Under the pieces are notes generated by a model. That model saw nothing but the letters and a program-made list of their open reading frames with translations, was not told the DNA's origin and did not search any database. The position numbers were made by a program, and so were the translations under genes. Below, piece after piece: positions 9,557 to 20,738 of a stretch of 64,000 nt of DNA (within the stretch, counting starts at the first letter, position 1; each line of letters begins with the position of its first letter). Source of the DNA: Candidatus Omnitrophota bacterium (GTDB lineage: Bacteria > Omnitrophota > Gorgyraeia > Gygaellales > Profunditerraquicolaceae); NCBI GenBank assembly GCA_041662125.1, contig JBAZTA010000001.1:324761-388760 (forward strand), given 5' to 3'.

Positions 9557-11265
9557 ATAATTCCTTCCTGAACCATTGATTCTATGATCTGCTTTGCGAT
9601 CAAACAAGAATAGTATCCCGGGCCTCCTCGCTCTAAGAATACACACATGACATATTTCGGTGATTTAAAAGGAAAAAACCCGCAAAACCAGGCGTGTGAC
9701 GGGCCGCCAGCAGCTTGAGCGGTACCGGTCTTGCCGGCAACCTGTACCGGAAGCGTAGATAAGATATTGGCGGTACCCTTAGGATAAGCAACAACGCCGC
9801 GTAACCCCTGGCGGATGAGTTCCATCGAGCTTTCCTTGATAGGCAGGCTAACCGATTTTCTCTGATAAACAGACACATCTTTTCCCGCGATAGCCTTAAC
9901 AATACACGGAGTAAGAAGCTTGCCTTTATTTGCAAAAACCGCCATCATTCTAACCATCTGCAAGGGAGTCACCAGAACATCACCCTGCCCTATGGAGAAA
10001 TTAGCCGTATCGCCTTCATACCAGCCTTTAAATTTGTGAATCTTTTTTAAAAGAGAGCTGGGGATATACCCGCTTAATTCATACGGCAACTCTATGTTAG
10101 TCGGCTTTGCTAAACCAAACTTTATCGCGTAATCATAGAGTGTTTGTGACCCAAGCATGAGACCGGTTCGATAAAAGAAAACATTGCACGAATGCGCGAT
10201 TGCCGCGACAATATCCTGTGAGCCGTGGGTATTCCAACACCCAAACCGTTGCCTGCCTACATACCACTGGCCCTCACAAAGAAAGGAGGTATCAGAATTA
10301 ATTTTGCCTGTTTCAAGGCCTGCAGTAGCGACGATCGGCTTAAAAATTGATCCCGGCGGATATAAACCGCTGATCACTCGATTTAATAAGGGAGACGTCG
10401 GGTCATTAAAAACGCCGGATATCTCCTGATGGGATTGTTTTATGAATATCGACGGATCAAAGCTGGGGCTGCTTGCCATTGCCAGTACTTCTCCCGTAAG
10501 AGGGTCCAGAATAACCACCCCCCCTTTTTTGTCAATCAGGCTGTTTTCAACAATCTTTTGTATCCTCAAATCAAGAGTCAATTGTATCTCTTTACCATTC
10601 TTTGGAGGCTGGAAACCAAGTACGCGCACAAACCTGCCGCGCCGGTCTACCTCTACCGATGTTCCCCCATCTTCTTCCCTCAAGAAATAATCGTACTTTT
10701 CTTCAATACCTCCAAAACCTACGATATCTTTCGTCTTATATCCGTAATCCTCCAATTTTGTCAGGCGCCAACGGTCAATCTCATTTAAATAGCCGATCAC
10801 ATGCGCGGCAAGCGCTCCGTAGGGATAATCCCGTAAAGGATGCGGCTGCACGATCACGCCGGGAAAATCTAATTTAAGCTCTTCCAGCGCTATTGCTTTT
10901 TTTATATCGATATTTTTTGCAACAACTACCGGAATACTGGAAGATACCAAATTTGCTTTAAAAGTGTTCCTCAAATCTTTTACGCTTCGTTCAAGCAGTT
11001 TTGACAAAGAAAAAAAAGTCCTATCTAAATCAAAGGCTTCTTGAGGTAAAACCAAAACATCATAGGAAAGGACACTATCAACGATCACACTGCCCTGCCG
11101 ATCAATAATCCTTCCCCTGCTTCCTGCCTGAGGGATAAGCCGGATGCAATTCTTCTTGCTTAAGACCGCATACTGCCTGCCCTGGAAAACCTGTAAATGC
11201 ACAAGACCCGCCGCAAGAAAAAGAAAAATGACTACCACTCCTATAGTTGCAACCTTTACCCTCAT
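9553..11265 (-). CDS. mrdA: Penicillin-binding protein 2 (elongasome transpeptidase).
   Basis: N-terminal TM and dimerisation domain; transpeptidase motifs SIFKP (SxxK), SCN (SxN) and KTGTA. Confidence 0.9.
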   Translation of the reverse strand: MRVKVATIGVVVIFLFLAAGLVHLQVFQGRQYAVLSKKNCIRLIPQAGSRGRIIDRQGSVIVDSVLSYDVLVLPQEAFDLDRTFFSLSKLLERSVKDLRNTFKANLVSSSIPVVVAKNIDIKKAIALEELKLDFPGVIVQPHPLRDYPYGALAAHVIGYLNEIDRWRLTKLEDYGYKTKDIVGFGGIEEKYDYFLREEDGGTSVEVDRRGRFVRVLGFQPPKNGKEIQLTLDLRIQKIVENSLIDKKGGVVILDPLTGEVLAMASSPSFDPSIFIKQSHQEISGVFNDPTSPLLNRVISGLYPPGSIFKPIVATAGLETGKINSDTSFLCEGQWYVGRQRFGCWNTHGSQDIVAAIAHSCNVFFYRTGLMLGSQTLYDYAIKFGLAKPTNIELPYELSGYIPSSLLKKIHKFKGWYEGDTANFSIGQGDVLVTPLQMVRMMAVFANKGKLLTPCIVKAIAGKDVSVYQRKSVSLPIKESSMELIRQGLRGVVAYPKGTANILSTLPVQVAGKTGTAQAAGGPSHAWFCGFFPFKSPKYVMCVFLERGGPGYYSCLIAKQIIESMVQEGII

Positions 11266-11774
11266 GCCTCTTCCACCTTAAGCTCTTCGTCAAGCGGCTT
11301 GTGAATACGCAAAAACGGACCTGATACTTTAAACACTGCCGGAAGAATCAAAGCGGTATACAGCGACTCAATGACTGCGATACGTAACAAATGCAGAAGC
11401 GCGATACCGTTTCCATCAAAGAAAAATATCATATGAGTAATAATGCCATTACAAAACGTAATGATGCCTACTGCCAGAGTGGAAAATAACCGCTGTTCCA
11501 GGGAGATCTTACGCTTAAGATGCATAATAATAAAGCACCAGAGCGGAAAAATAAGCGTATTAATCCCGACTGGATACACATTGAGAACATCTTTTATCAT
11601 ACCGGCACATACGCTTAAGAATAATGCCTGCTTTCGAGGAAAAGACATGGCAATAATAAACACAACCGCCAAAAGGATATCGGGCATAACGCCAAAAACC
11701 TTCAGGTAACTCAAGATTGTTGCCTGTGCCAAGGCAAAAACCACTATAAGAATCAAGAAAAGCCTGGTTTTCAT
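11262..11774 (-). CDS. mreD: Rod shape-determining protein MreD.
   Basis: Small polytopic membrane protein between mreC and mrdA. Confidence 0.7.
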   Translation of the reverse strand: MKTRLFLILIVVFALAQATILSYLKVFGVMPDILLAVVFIIAMSFPRKQALFLSVCAGMIKDVLNVYPVGINTLIFPLWCFIIMHLKRKISLEQRLFSTLAVGIITFCNGIITHMIFFFDGNGIALLHLLRIAVIESLYTALILPAVFKVSGPFLRIHKPLDEELKVEEA

Positions 11775-12544
11775 TGCATTATGATTAATACTTCTTCTAA
11801 ACTGGAAAGATTAACCGAGGGTTTAATAACAGCATAGCTGCTGAGGCCTACAAATTCTTTCCCAAAATCGACAACCGTGCCGATCATCAATCCTTGAGGA
11901 TAGTTTCCGGTAAGCCCGGAAGAAATCACAGGATCATTGATTTTAATATCACAATCTTTCGGCAGATATTTCATGATCAGAAAACCGCCCAAGCTTCCTG
12001 AAACAAGCCCTTCCTGCCGGCTGCGCTGATCAAGGGCAGAAACCCCAAGACTGGGGTCATTGATCAAAATGATCTTGCTGACAAAATCAGTGACTTCAAA
12101 GACCCTTCCCGCAAGCCCTGCTTCGGTAACGCAAACATACCCCTTTTTAATACCACTGGACCTGCCCTTATCGATCATAATAGCCGACGACCAATTTGAG
12201 GGGTCCCGCGCGATAACACGCGCCGCAATCATTTTAAATGAAGATTCCTGTTTCAAAGAAAGCAACCCCATTAACCGCTTATTCTCAAGTGCAACTTCGG
12301 TTGCTTCATTGAGCCTGCTTTTTAAGGCGTCAAATTCTTTTTGCAACAAGGAGTTCCTGACATAATTACGGTGATAGAAAACAATCCCGCGTATTTCCCG
12401 GGCAACTAAACTCACAACTGTTAAAGGCAGCTTCAGGATGATCAATAGCGGATTACGTAAGGCAGGGACAAACGAGGAAAGCAAAATAATGATAAACGCA
12501 GAGAATAAAAATGAAGTTATGTTTTTCTTATTAACGTTAAACAC
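11771..12544 (-). CDS. mreC: Rod shape-determining protein MreC.
   Basis: N-terminal TM, coiled coil and a C-terminal beta domain (GLAGRV...GLMIGTV); lies after mreB. Confidence 0.85.
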   Translation of the reverse strand: MFNVNKKNITSFLFSAFIIILLSSFVPALRNPLLIILKLPLTVVSLVAREIRGIVFYHRNYVRNSLLQKEFDALKSRLNEATEVALENKRLMGLLSLKQESSFKMIAARVIARDPSNWSSAIMIDKGRSSGIKKGYVCVTEAGLAGRVFEVTDFVSKIILINDPSLGVSALDQRSRQEGLVSGSLGGFLIMKYLPKDCDIKINDPVISSGLTGNYPQGLMIGTVVDFGKEFVGLSSYAVIKPSVNLSSLEEVLIIMQ

Positions 12545-12590
12545 ATTTCACTGTATTGACAGGATTACGTGAGGTTTGCCGGCTTAAACC

Positions 12591-13664
12591 TTAAGAATGC
12601 ATCTCAGATTTGACCGGAACCGTCACTTTCTTTAAATAATGGAGCTCATTTAATACTTTGCCTGTTCCGCAGACCACGGCAGTTAAAGGATCTTCAGCGA
12701 TATGGACCGGCAGGCCTGTTTCTTCCGAGATCAGTTTATCGATTCCCCGTAAGAGCGACCCGCCGCCTGCCATAACAATCCCATGTTCAATAAGGTCTGC
12801 AGCCAATTCAGGAGGCGTGCGTTCCAGAGAGATCTTGGCGATCTCAACGATCGCGCGTAAAGGTTCCTGCAACGCCTCGCGTATTTCTTCTGAGCTGATA
12901 GTTACGGTTTTCGGCAAACCAGCGACCAAATCCCTCCCCTTGACCTCCATGCTCAATTCGTCTTCCAAAGGATACGCCGATCCCAATTTTATCTTTATTT
13001 CTTCAGCAGTCCTTTCTCCTATCATTAAATTATATGTTTTCCTTAAATATTCAATGACCGCCTCATCCATTTCATCGCCGCCAATACGTATTGATTTGGA
13101 AAACACAATACCCGCAAGAGAAATAACTGCGATCTCCGTAGTGCCACCTCCGATATCAATGATCATATTGCCTATCGGTTCCTGAATAGGCAACCCCACA
13201 CCTATCGCCGCAGCGATCGGTTCTTCGATCAAAAAGACCTCCCGGGCACCGGCCCGTTCTGCGGAATCCTTGACCGCGCGTTTTTCAACTTCCGTGATAC
13301 CGGAAGGAATCGCGATCAAAATACGCGGCCTTACTAAAACCCGGCGATGGTGCACTTTTTTAATAAAATACCGTAACATGGCTTCTGTTATTTCAAAATC
13401 AGCAATGACCCCGTCTTTCATGGGCCGGATAGCCACAATATTGCCCGGAGTACGGCCGAGCATCCGTTTTGCCTCTACCCCGACTGCTAACACATTAGAA
13501 CTTCCCCTCTCAATGGCGACAACAGAAGGTTCTCGCAGTACTACTCCTTCCCCTTTTACGTAAACCAGGGTTGTAGCAGTGCCTAAATCAATACCCATAT
13601 CATTAGAGAATAAGCCTAAGATATAGTTGAAAAATGTTTTGGCTATATCTTTAATTTTTGCCAT
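12591..13664 (-). CDS. mreB: Actin-like rod shape protein MreB.
   Basis: [13 protein letters not shown] phosphate-1 motif, [11 protein letters not shown] and actin-fold motifs. Confidence 0.95.
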   Translation of the reverse strand: MAKIKDIAKTFFNYILGLFSNDMGIDLGTATTLVYVKGEGVVLREPSVVAIERGSSNVLAVGVEAKRMLGRTPGNIVAIRPMKDGVIADFEITEAMLRYFIKKVHHRRVLVRPRILIAIPSGITEVEKRAVKDSAERAGAREVFLIEEPIAAAIGVGLPIQEPIGNMIIDIGGGTTEIAVISLAGIVFSKSIRIGGDEMDEAVIEYLRKTYNLMIGERTAEEIKIKLGSAYPLEDELSMEVKGRDLVAGLPKTVTISSEEIREALQEPLRAIVEIAKISLERTPPELAADLIEHGIVMAGGGSLLRGIDKLISEETGLPVHIAEDPLTAVVCGTGKVLNELHYLKKVTVPVKSEMHS

Positions 13665-13877
13665 AAGACTCTCCTTGATGAGTAGAAATTTTACCTGCTT
13701 AAAGCGCTAAAGGAAGACAGAGAAACGGCAGTTACGCTTATCAGGCCACGTATGATTTGATTTAATAGAGGGATTAAACCCTTTATCAATTAAGGTGTTG
13801 TAATGAAGAAGACTATACCATATAAAAGAAAACCGGTCAAACAAAAATTTACGCTAAAAGTTATTATTCTTAAGCGC

Positions 13878-15221
13878 TTAAGGCATCATTTGCTTCAGTC
13901 GAACCAAGAAATCGGGAAAAGATTTATTCATACAGGCCACATCATCAACAATTGTTTGGCCTTCTGCCCTTAAACCAGCTACCACCATACTCATTGCAGT
14001 GCGATGATCACCAAAACTTTTAACCTTGGCACCGCGCAATCCTCTTTGGCCTTCAATAACGATATTTTCAGCCAAACCTTGCTTTTGAATAGTTATATGC
14101 GCACCCATTTTTTTTAAATTCTGCGTCATTGAGACAATCCTATCGGTTTCTTTAACCCGTAATTCCCTGACGGATTGAAACACGCTTTTACCCTGGGCAA
14201 AACAAGCAGCTACCATAAGGATCGGCAATTCATCGATCAAAGACGGCACTTCATCTTGAGTGACTGTCGTGGCTTTTAACATACGAGACTTCACCATAAT
14301 ATCAGCTACAGGCTCCTCACCCGCTGCCTGAACAGGCAGGAGAGAAACTTTCAAAAAAGCCCCCATTCTCTTTAAAACTTTCACAATACCGCTGCGGGAA
14401 GGGTTAAGGCTGACTTTCTGAATAATGATACAAGAATCAGGCACAAGCGTTGCAGCAACCATAAAAAAACTCGCGGAAGATATATCCCCGGGAACATATA
14501 TTTTCTTAGGAGAAATAAGCTCCTTATTGCCCCGGATGGATATTTTATTATGCTTGATCTTTATATCCGCTTTAAATAACGAAAATATCCGCTCTGTATG
14601 GTCACGGGTCTTAAGTGGTTCAATAACTTCAGTAACCCCTTGTTTGGTAAAAAGAGCTGCCAGCATGATCGCAGATTTCACCTGCGCGGAAGCAACCGGT
14701 AACCGGTAGTGAATAGGCTTAAGGTTTCCACCGTGTATGGTAAGGGGAGGATATTCTTCCGGGTGAGCAACATGAGGTTTATGGCGAGCGATTATCTGCG
14801 CTCCCATCATCCGTAACGGCCGGGTAACACGCAACATCGGCCTTTGTGAAAGTGATTTACCTGCTACCAACGTAACTTTAAAGTCACATCCCGCTAAAAC
14901 GCCCAGCACCAGGCGTAATGTCGTTCCGGAATCACCCACAAAAACAGGAGAAGACGGTTTCTTTAAACCAAAAATCCCTTGACCGAATACGGTTACCGTA
15001 TTACCAGTCAAGGGATTAAAGTTTTTAACTATCCTTACACCTAATTTACGTAATACTTCCAGTGTATAAAGGCAATCTTTATTTACCGGGAAGTTTTCTA
15101 TTGAAGTCTTTTCTTTTGCCAGAGCGCTGGCGATAATACACCGATGAGCTATAGATTTATCACCGGGGACACTCACGGTGCCCCGCAGATAAGGTATTGG
15201 CTTGACAACACATGACTTCAT
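13878..15221 (-). CDS. aroA: 3-phosphoshikimate 1-carboxyvinyltransferase (EPSP synthase).
   Basis: GTVSVPGDKSIAHR and VGDSGTTLRLVLGVLAG motifs; length 447 aa. Confidence 0.9.
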   Translation of the reverse strand: MKSCVVKPIPYLRGTVSVPGDKSIAHRCIIASALAKEKTSIENFPVNKDCLYTLEVLRKLGVRIVKNFNPLTGNTVTVFGQGIFGLKKPSSPVFVGDSGTTLRLVLGVLAGCDFKVTLVAGKSLSQRPMLRVTRPLRMMGAQIIARHKPHVAHPEEYPPLTIHGGNLKPIHYRLPVASAQVKSAIMLAALFTKQGVTEVIEPLKTRDHTERIFSLFKADIKIKHNKISIRGNKELISPKKIYVPGDISSASFFMVAATLVPDSCIIIQKVSLNPSRSGIVKVLKRMGAFLKVSLLPVQAAGEEPVADIMVKSRMLKATTVTQDEVPSLIDELPILMVAACFAQGKSVFQSVRELRVKETDRIVSMTQNLKKMGAHITIQKQGLAENIVIEGQRGLRGAKVKSFGDHRTAMSMVVAGLRAEGQTIVDDVACMNKSFPDFLVRLKQMMP

Positions 15222-16027
15222 TTAGCTTTTTGTATAACCTTATCGCCTTCACTCACTTTATCCTTTGTCTCGGTGGATACAAAGCCAGCCGCTGACATAG
15301 AATCGTGAATCTTTTCTATTTTAACGTCGCCGATGTAATCAGGCCCGTGATAAACGGAAAAAACATCCCCGATATCAATTCCTTCTTTTTTGCCTAAATT
15401 GGTTACCACAAAATTGTAATCTTTATTGATTACCAGGACCTTACCTTCTAATTTTGCAGAGGCATCTTTCTTGGGAACTTCGGCACCGGTTTTACCAGCA
15501 GTTGCTCCTCCAACAGCGCCTTCGGGGCTGACAACGATCTTGCCCAACTCGATCTTATGCGCTTGGTCCTCAAGCTCTTTTACCTTTTTCTCTAAAGCAA
15601 GCCGTTTTGACTCGATATCTTTGGATTGCGCCTGCATTTTAGAAAGCTCATCTGAAGTCTCATAAAACATTTTCTCCAAATAAGCTTTAGACTTCTTCTG
15701 TTCTTCTAATTGAGCATACATCTGGTCTATCTGCGAAAGAGCATCTTTTCTTGCAGATTTCTCCTGTTCTAAAGACAGCGTGATTTTCTCGCTTTGAAGA
15801 CGGGCTTCCTGCAATCTATTTTCCAGAGTAGCTATCTCTTTCTTAGCTGCTTTGAGATTTTCTAAAACTTCAAGCTCCTTGGCTTTTACGGCTTCTAATT
15901 GCTGCTGCACGCGGACTTTTTCATTACGTTCATTTTGCAATAAATAAAACGTTCCTCCCGCTAACCCCAAAGAAATTAAGATTAAAACTATTAAAATTAT
16001 TACGGAAGTCTTTCCTCTACTACCCAT
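15218..16027 (-). CDS. Hypothetical membrane-anchored coiled-coil protein with a C-terminal beta-rich domain. The start is trimmed to MGSRGKTS to remove the overlap with rluD.
   Basis: N-terminal TM (VIILIVLILISLGLAGG), about 150 aa of heptad-rich QLEAVKAKELEVLENLKAAKKEIATLENRLQEARLQ, and a C-terminal VLVINKDYNFVVTNLG...GDVFSVY domain. Confidence 0.5.
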   Translation of the reverse strand: MGSRGKTSVIILIVLILISLGLAGGTFYLLQNERNEKVRVQQQLEAVKAKELEVLENLKAAKKEIATLENRLQEARLQSEKITLSLEQEKSARKDALSQIDQMYAQLEEQKKSKAYLEKMFYETSDELSKMQAQSKDIESKRLALEKKVKELEDQAHKIELGKIVVSPEGAVGGATAGKTGAEVPKKDASAKLEGKVLVINKDYNFVVTNLGKKEGIDIGDVFSVYHGPDYIGDVKIEKIHDSMSAAGFVSTETKDKVSEGDKVIQKAK

Positions 16028-16094
16028 ACTCTCCTCCTTTTTTTCTGACCTTCGGACTACTATATCATTTCTTCTCAAAAAAGCAAGGGATTTA

Positions 16095-17018
16095 TTATCC
16101 CTTATCAAACTCAAGCTTAATAAAATCCTTAAACTCCTGAGGAATATCACAGGAGAATTCTATAAACTTGCCCGTAACCGGATGAGTAAACCCCAGAGAC
16201 CGCGCATGCAAGGCTAAACGGCTAAACTGATTATTTTGGCCGTATTTCTTGTCCCCTAAAATCGGATGGCCCATATAAGCCAGATGCACCCGCAATTGAT
16301 GAGTCCTGCCGGTAAAAGGCTCTAACTCTAGATAACTGAAAGTTTTACTTCGTTTTAGGCTGCGATAATACGTTTTGGCAAATCGAGTGTTCTCTCCAAA
16401 ATTAACGGACATATTTTGCCTTTTGTCAGGATGGCGGCCAATGGGCAATTCAATAATACTTTCATTAAATTCCATCCGCCCTTTCACCAAAGCGGCATAA
16501 TGGCGCTTAATCGTATGTTGCGCGAATTGCTTCGATAATGCCAGATGGGCAAGGTTGTTTTTTGCGACGACCAATATTCCCGAAGTATCTTTATCAAGCC
16601 GATGGACAATACCCGGCCTTTGAGGGTTAATGTCAGACAACTGTTTAAAATGATGTAAGAGCGCATTCACCAAGGTATGCTCAAGATTACCCGGTGCCGG
16701 ATGAACTACCAGCCCCGTTGGTTTATAAATAACTCCAACGTCTTTATCTTCATAAATAATATCAATAGGGATATCTTCCGGCTGCAAAAGGCTTTCTTCC
16801 TTATCCTGGACACATACCGTAATCACATCTGCGGCCTTAACTTTACCATGGGCTTTAAGAGCCGTCTCTTGAGCGAGGGAAACATTGCCTTGAGCTATTA
16901 ATTTCTGAATAAACATGCGGGAAAAACCAAGTTTTTCTTTAGCAAAAAAATCCATCAGGCACATATCCAACCGTTTTCCAGCGTTTTCGGGTAATACGGT
17001 AAGAGTGTATTCTTTCAT
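16095..17018 (-). CDS. rluD: 23S rRNA pseudouridine synthase, RluD/RluA family with an S4 domain.
   Basis: HRLDKDTSGILVVAKN catalytic motif. Confidence 0.9.
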   Translation of the reverse strand: MKEYTLTVLPENAGKRLDMCLMDFFAKEKLGFSRMFIQKLIAQGNVSLAQETALKAHGKVKAADVITVCVQDKEESLLQPEDIPIDIIYEDKDVGVIYKPTGLVVHPAPGNLEHTLVNALLHHFKQLSDINPQRPGIVHRLDKDTSGILVVAKNNLAHLALSKQFAQHTIKRHYAALVKGRMEFNESIIELPIGRHPDKRQNMSVNFGENTRFAKTYYRSLKRSKTFSYLELEPFTGRTHQLRVHLAYMGHPILGDKKYGQNNQFSRLALHARSLGFTHPVTGKFIEFSCDIPQEFKDFIKLEFDKG

Positions 17019-17055
17019 AGAAGGTAGTTATAGTGAGAAGAACAGTACGCTAAAT

Positions 17056-17511
17056 TTACTTCGAGGCAGCTGTTTTCTTAAACAATATCGCATACCCGAT
17101 CAATACCGCTCCTACCGTAATAGCGCTGTCGGCAATATTGAAGACCGGCCATATGCGAAAATCAAGGAAATCAATCACATGCCCAAAAATGATCCGGTCG
17201 ATTAAATTTCCTATCGCACCGGCAAGGATAAAACTCAAAGAAACACTCATCAAAGAAGGTTTCTTATGCTTATCACCCTTAAGATTATAATATATTAAAC
17301 CTATGGCAAACAGGGAAGTTATAATGAATAAAGGGACTTGATTCTTTAAGATTCCAAACGCTGCCCCGCGGTTATGAACAAGCGTTATATGAAAGATCCC
17401 CTTAATAACCGGAATTGACTGGTATAATGATAAACTCTTTATAACAACTATTTTGGTGAGCTGATCAAAGATAAGAACAGGCAAAACGATGATAAAGATC
17501 ATCAAAAGCAT
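17056..17511 (-). CDS. lspA: Lipoprotein signal peptidase II.
   Basis: NRGAAFG and FNIADSAI motifs with 4 TM; lies downstream of ileS. Confidence 0.9.
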   Translation of the reverse strand: MLLMIFIIVLPVLIFDQLTKIVVIKSLSLYQSIPVIKGIFHITLVHNRGAAFGILKNQVPLFIITSLFAIGLIYYNLKGDKHKKPSLMSVSLSFILAGAIGNLIDRIIFGHVIDFLDFRIWPVFNIADSAITVGAVLIGYAILFKKTAASK

Positions 17512-17514
17512 ACC

Positions 17515-17898
17515 TTACTTTTTCTCATTCTTTTCCTGGCACTTAATGCAAAACCGAGTGTAAGGGATCACCTTTAATCTTGTTTTAGAAATAACGACCT
17601 TACAATCTTCACAAACCCCGAATATGCCATCATCTATCCTCTTCATGGCATCATCTAACTCATATAACAACTCACGGTCGTTAGAAGCAAGCCCTAAGGA
17701 AAACTCCCGGTCATAGGTATCGGTAGCAACATCAGCCATATGATAGGAATAACCGGAAATATCCCCGGAAGCATCTTTTTGGGACTTTTTCAATGTTTCC
17801 TCTGAAATATGATTGATCGAATCAAGGATCTCGTCTTTCTTCTTAAGAATAAACTTCCTGAAATCTGTTAACTCTTTCTTGTTAAATTTCTTTTTCAA
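17515..17898 (-). CDS. DksA/TraR-family C4 zinc-finger protein.
   Basis: C-terminal CEDC...CIKC zinc finger and an acidic coiled-coil N-terminus. Confidence 0.7.
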   Translation of the reverse strand: MKKKFNKKELTDFRKFILKKKDEILDSINHISEETLKKSQKDASGDISGYSYHMADVATDTYDREFSLGLASNDRELLYELDDAMKRIDDGIFGVCEDCKVVISKTRLKVIPYTRFCIKCQEKNEKK

Positions 17899-17899
17899 T

Positions 17900-20725
17900 T
17901 TACGTTCCTCCTATAGCTTGTACGCATTGTTTACAGATAAGCTCATACCCCGGGATATCTTTGACATCCGGAGTATAATTCCAGCAGCGCTGACATTTCT
18001 CACCCTTGGCTTTAACTACGGTAAGGGCGATATCAGGGAAACGTGCGCTTACTGCGTATGTACCTTCAAAACTACTCTTTTTTGTCACTTCGACCTGTGA
18101 AACTTTAAAAATCTCTAAGAGATCCTTCTCAAATCCCTTTAAATATGTATACCGGTTTTCATCGTTTGTCAATATATTTATTTTAGCGTCAAACGAACTT
18201 CCGATTACAGCCTCAACCCGTTTCTCTTCAAGTAATTTTGTAATATCCGGGATCAAATGCATTATTACCTGCAATTCCTCATGATGAGCAAAAACCGGAT
18301 TAACCTGCGGCCAGCCAGATCCATGGATACTTTGAAGCCCGGAATCTTTCTTCTCCTTGGGCATATGCTGCCAGACTTCTTCAGCGGTAAAACTTAGGAT
18401 AGGAGCGATCATTCTGGCTAAAACATGTAAAACCTCATACAGGACAGTTTGAGCGGCTCTGCGTTGCGGCGAATCAGCCTTATAGGTATAAAGCCTTCCT
18501 TTAACCATATCCAAATAATACATGGATAAATCTTCATTACAAAAATCGTAAATTAATTTATACGCTTTATGAAATTCAAATTTTTCATATGCAGCGCTAA
18601 CATCCACAAGGGCGCGCTCCCGGCAGCTCAATATCCACTGGTCGATTTTCCGCAAATCTTCAGGGCCAACCCTATCTGTTTCCGGATTAAAATCATACAG
18701 GTTACTTAACATAAAACGGATCGTATTACGGATCTTCCGGTAGGCTTCCGATAAACGCGACAAGATCTGGGTTGAAATCCGGATATCTTCATTATAATCG
18801 CTGGAAGCCACCCATAACCTGATAATATCAGCGCCGTAATTCTTAATGATATCAAACGGAGAGATGACATTACCGACCGACTTTGACATCTTCCTGCCTT
18901 CGCCATCAACGACAAAACCATGCGTCAAGACTTTACGGAACGGCGCTTTCCCGTCTATGGCAACTGAGGGTATCAGGGATGACTGGAACCACCCCCGGTG
19001 CTGATCGGAACCTTCCAGGTATAATTCGACAGGCGTATCTCCAAGTTCAGGCCGCTTCTTCACCACGGCCTGATGGCTTACCCCTGAATCAAACCATACA
19101 TCAAGAATATCAGGGCTTTTAGAAAATTCTTCTGATTTGCAATAAGGGCATACCAGGCCTTGAGGTATAAAATCTTTGATATCGCGCGAAAACCAGCAGT
19201 CAGAGCCTTCTTTGGCGCTCAACTCGGCAAAAATATCTATGATCCGGCTGTCAAAAAATTCCTCTTTGCATTTCACACATACAAGAGCAGGAACCGGCAC
19301 GCCCCAATAGCGCTGCCGCGACAGGCACCAGTCAGGCCGGGACTCCACCATCGCGTTTATCCTCTCTTTGCCTGACTGAGGGATCCAGGTAACATCCTCT
19401 TCTATTATCCGTAATAACCTCTCTCGCAACGTCTGCTCATATCCTGTTTCTTTATGATCAATAAGAAGAAACCACTGTTTTGTGGCGCGGAAAATTACCG
19501 GCGTCTTGCAGCGCCAGCAGTGGGGATACGAATGCTGGATCTTTCCTTCCGCAAGAAGCAAACCTAACCCTGCCAGCTTTTCTATAATAGGTTTATTGGC
19601 ATCAAAAACGTTCATGCCGGAAAATTCTCCGGCAACAGCTTCAAATTTGCCGTGGCTATCCACAGGCATCACTATTTCTAAACCATATTTTAAACCGGTC
19701 TGATAATCTTCGCTCCCATGGCCAGGCGCGGTATGCACGAGGCCGCTGCCCTCTTCTTTAGAAACATAGCCCGCAAGAACAACCTGTCCTTTTCTCAAGC
19801 CTAAGGGATGTTCATACGTCAATCCTTCCAGCTGCCTGCCTGAAATTTCCCTGACTATTTCATTCTTTTTTATCCCTGTTTCTCCTCCTGCTTTTGCCAA
19901 AACACCCATGTATAACTCTTTGGCGAGGATCAGATTCCCGAAATCTGTTGCCACATAAACATAGGTAAGGTCAGGATGAGCAGCTACTGCTACGTTAGCA
20001 ATCAAAGTCCAGGGCGTCGTAGTCCAAATAACCAGATAGCTGTCTTTTTTAAAATCCTGGTTATCATCTAAGCGGAATTTCACAAAGATTGACGGAGAAC
20101 TGTGATTATCATATTCCACCTCTGCCTCGGCAAGCGCTGTCTCGCATTTAAAACACCAGTTCACGGGTTTTAGGCCGCGGCTGATATACCCTTTTTTGTA
20201 AAGCGCATTAAATGACCTTACTATCGCTTCTTCATAATCATGGTTTAATGTCAAATACGGATTATCCCAATCACCGAAGACCCCTAACCGTTTAAATTGC
20301 TCCCGCTGATTGACGACATATTTCATTGCGTACGCATGGGCCTTTTTCCTGAATTCCAGTTGTGCTATCTGCGACTTATGGATTTTAAGTTCCTTAAGGA
20401 GCGCGTGTTCGATCGGCAGCCCGTGGCAATCCCACCCGGGAACATAAGCAGAATCATAGCCGCACATCGTCTGATATTTCACCACGATATCCTTGAGCGT
20501 TTTGTTAAGCGCATGGCCGATATGGATATCGCCGTTTGCGTACGGAGGGCCGTCGTGCAGTATATATTTCGGTTTCCCTTTTGAATTCTTGCGGATAAAC
20601 CCGTATATATCCTGTTGCTGCCACTGCGCCAGGAGCAAAAGCTCGCGTTTCGGCAAGTCAGCCTTCATGGGAAAATCTGTTTTTGGTAAATTGAGAGTGT
20701 TTTTATAATCCATGTAAGTAAGCAA
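17900..20725 (-). CDS. ileS: Isoleucine--tRNA ligase.
   Basis: HIGH (PYANGDIHIGHAL) and KMSKS motifs with C-terminal Zn-binding cysteines; 941 aa. Confidence 0.95.
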   Translation of the reverse strand: MLTYMDYKNTLNLPKTDFPMKADLPKRELLLLAQWQQQDIYGFIRKNSKGKPKYILHDGPPYANGDIHIGHALNKTLKDIVVKYQTMCGYDSAYVPGWDCHGLPIEHALLKELKIHKSQIAQLEFRKKAHAYAMKYVVNQREQFKRLGVFGDWDNPYLTLNHDYEEAIVRSFNALYKKGYISRGLKPVNWCFKCETALAEAEVEYDNHSSPSIFVKFRLDDNQDFKKDSYLVIWTTTPWTLIANVAVAAHPDLTYVYVATDFGNLILAKELYMGVLAKAGGETGIKKNEIVREISGRQLEGLTYEHPLGLRKGQVVLAGYVSKEEGSGLVHTAPGHGSEDYQTGLKYGLEIVMPVDSHGKFEAVAGEFSGMNVFDANKPIIEKLAGLGLLLAEGKIQHSYPHCWRCKTPVIFRATKQWFLLIDHKETGYEQTLRERLLRIIEEDVTWIPQSGKERINAMVESRPDWCLSRQRYWGVPVPALVCVKCKEEFFDSRIIDIFAELSAKEGSDCWFSRDIKDFIPQGLVCPYCKSEEFSKSPDILDVWFDSGVSHQAVVKKRPELGDTPVELYLEGSDQHRGWFQSSLIPSVAIDGKAPFRKVLTHGFVVDGEGRKMSKSVGNVISPFDIIKNYGADIIRLWVASSDYNEDIRISTQILSRLSEAYRKIRNTIRFMLSNLYDFNPETDRVGPEDLRKIDQWILSCRERALVDVSAAYEKFEFHKAYKLIYDFCNEDLSMYYLDMVKGRLYTYKADSPQRRAAQTVLYEVLHVLARMIAPILSFTAEEVWQHMPKEKKDSGLQSIHGSGWPQVNPVFAHHEELQVIMHLIPDITKLLEEKRVEAVIGSSFDAKINILTNDENRYTYLKGFEKDLLEIFKVSQVEVTKKSSFEGTYAVSARFPDIALTVVKAKGEKCQRCWNYTPDVKDIPGYELICKQCVQAIGGT

Positions 20726-20738
20726 AAAAGGTTAAACT

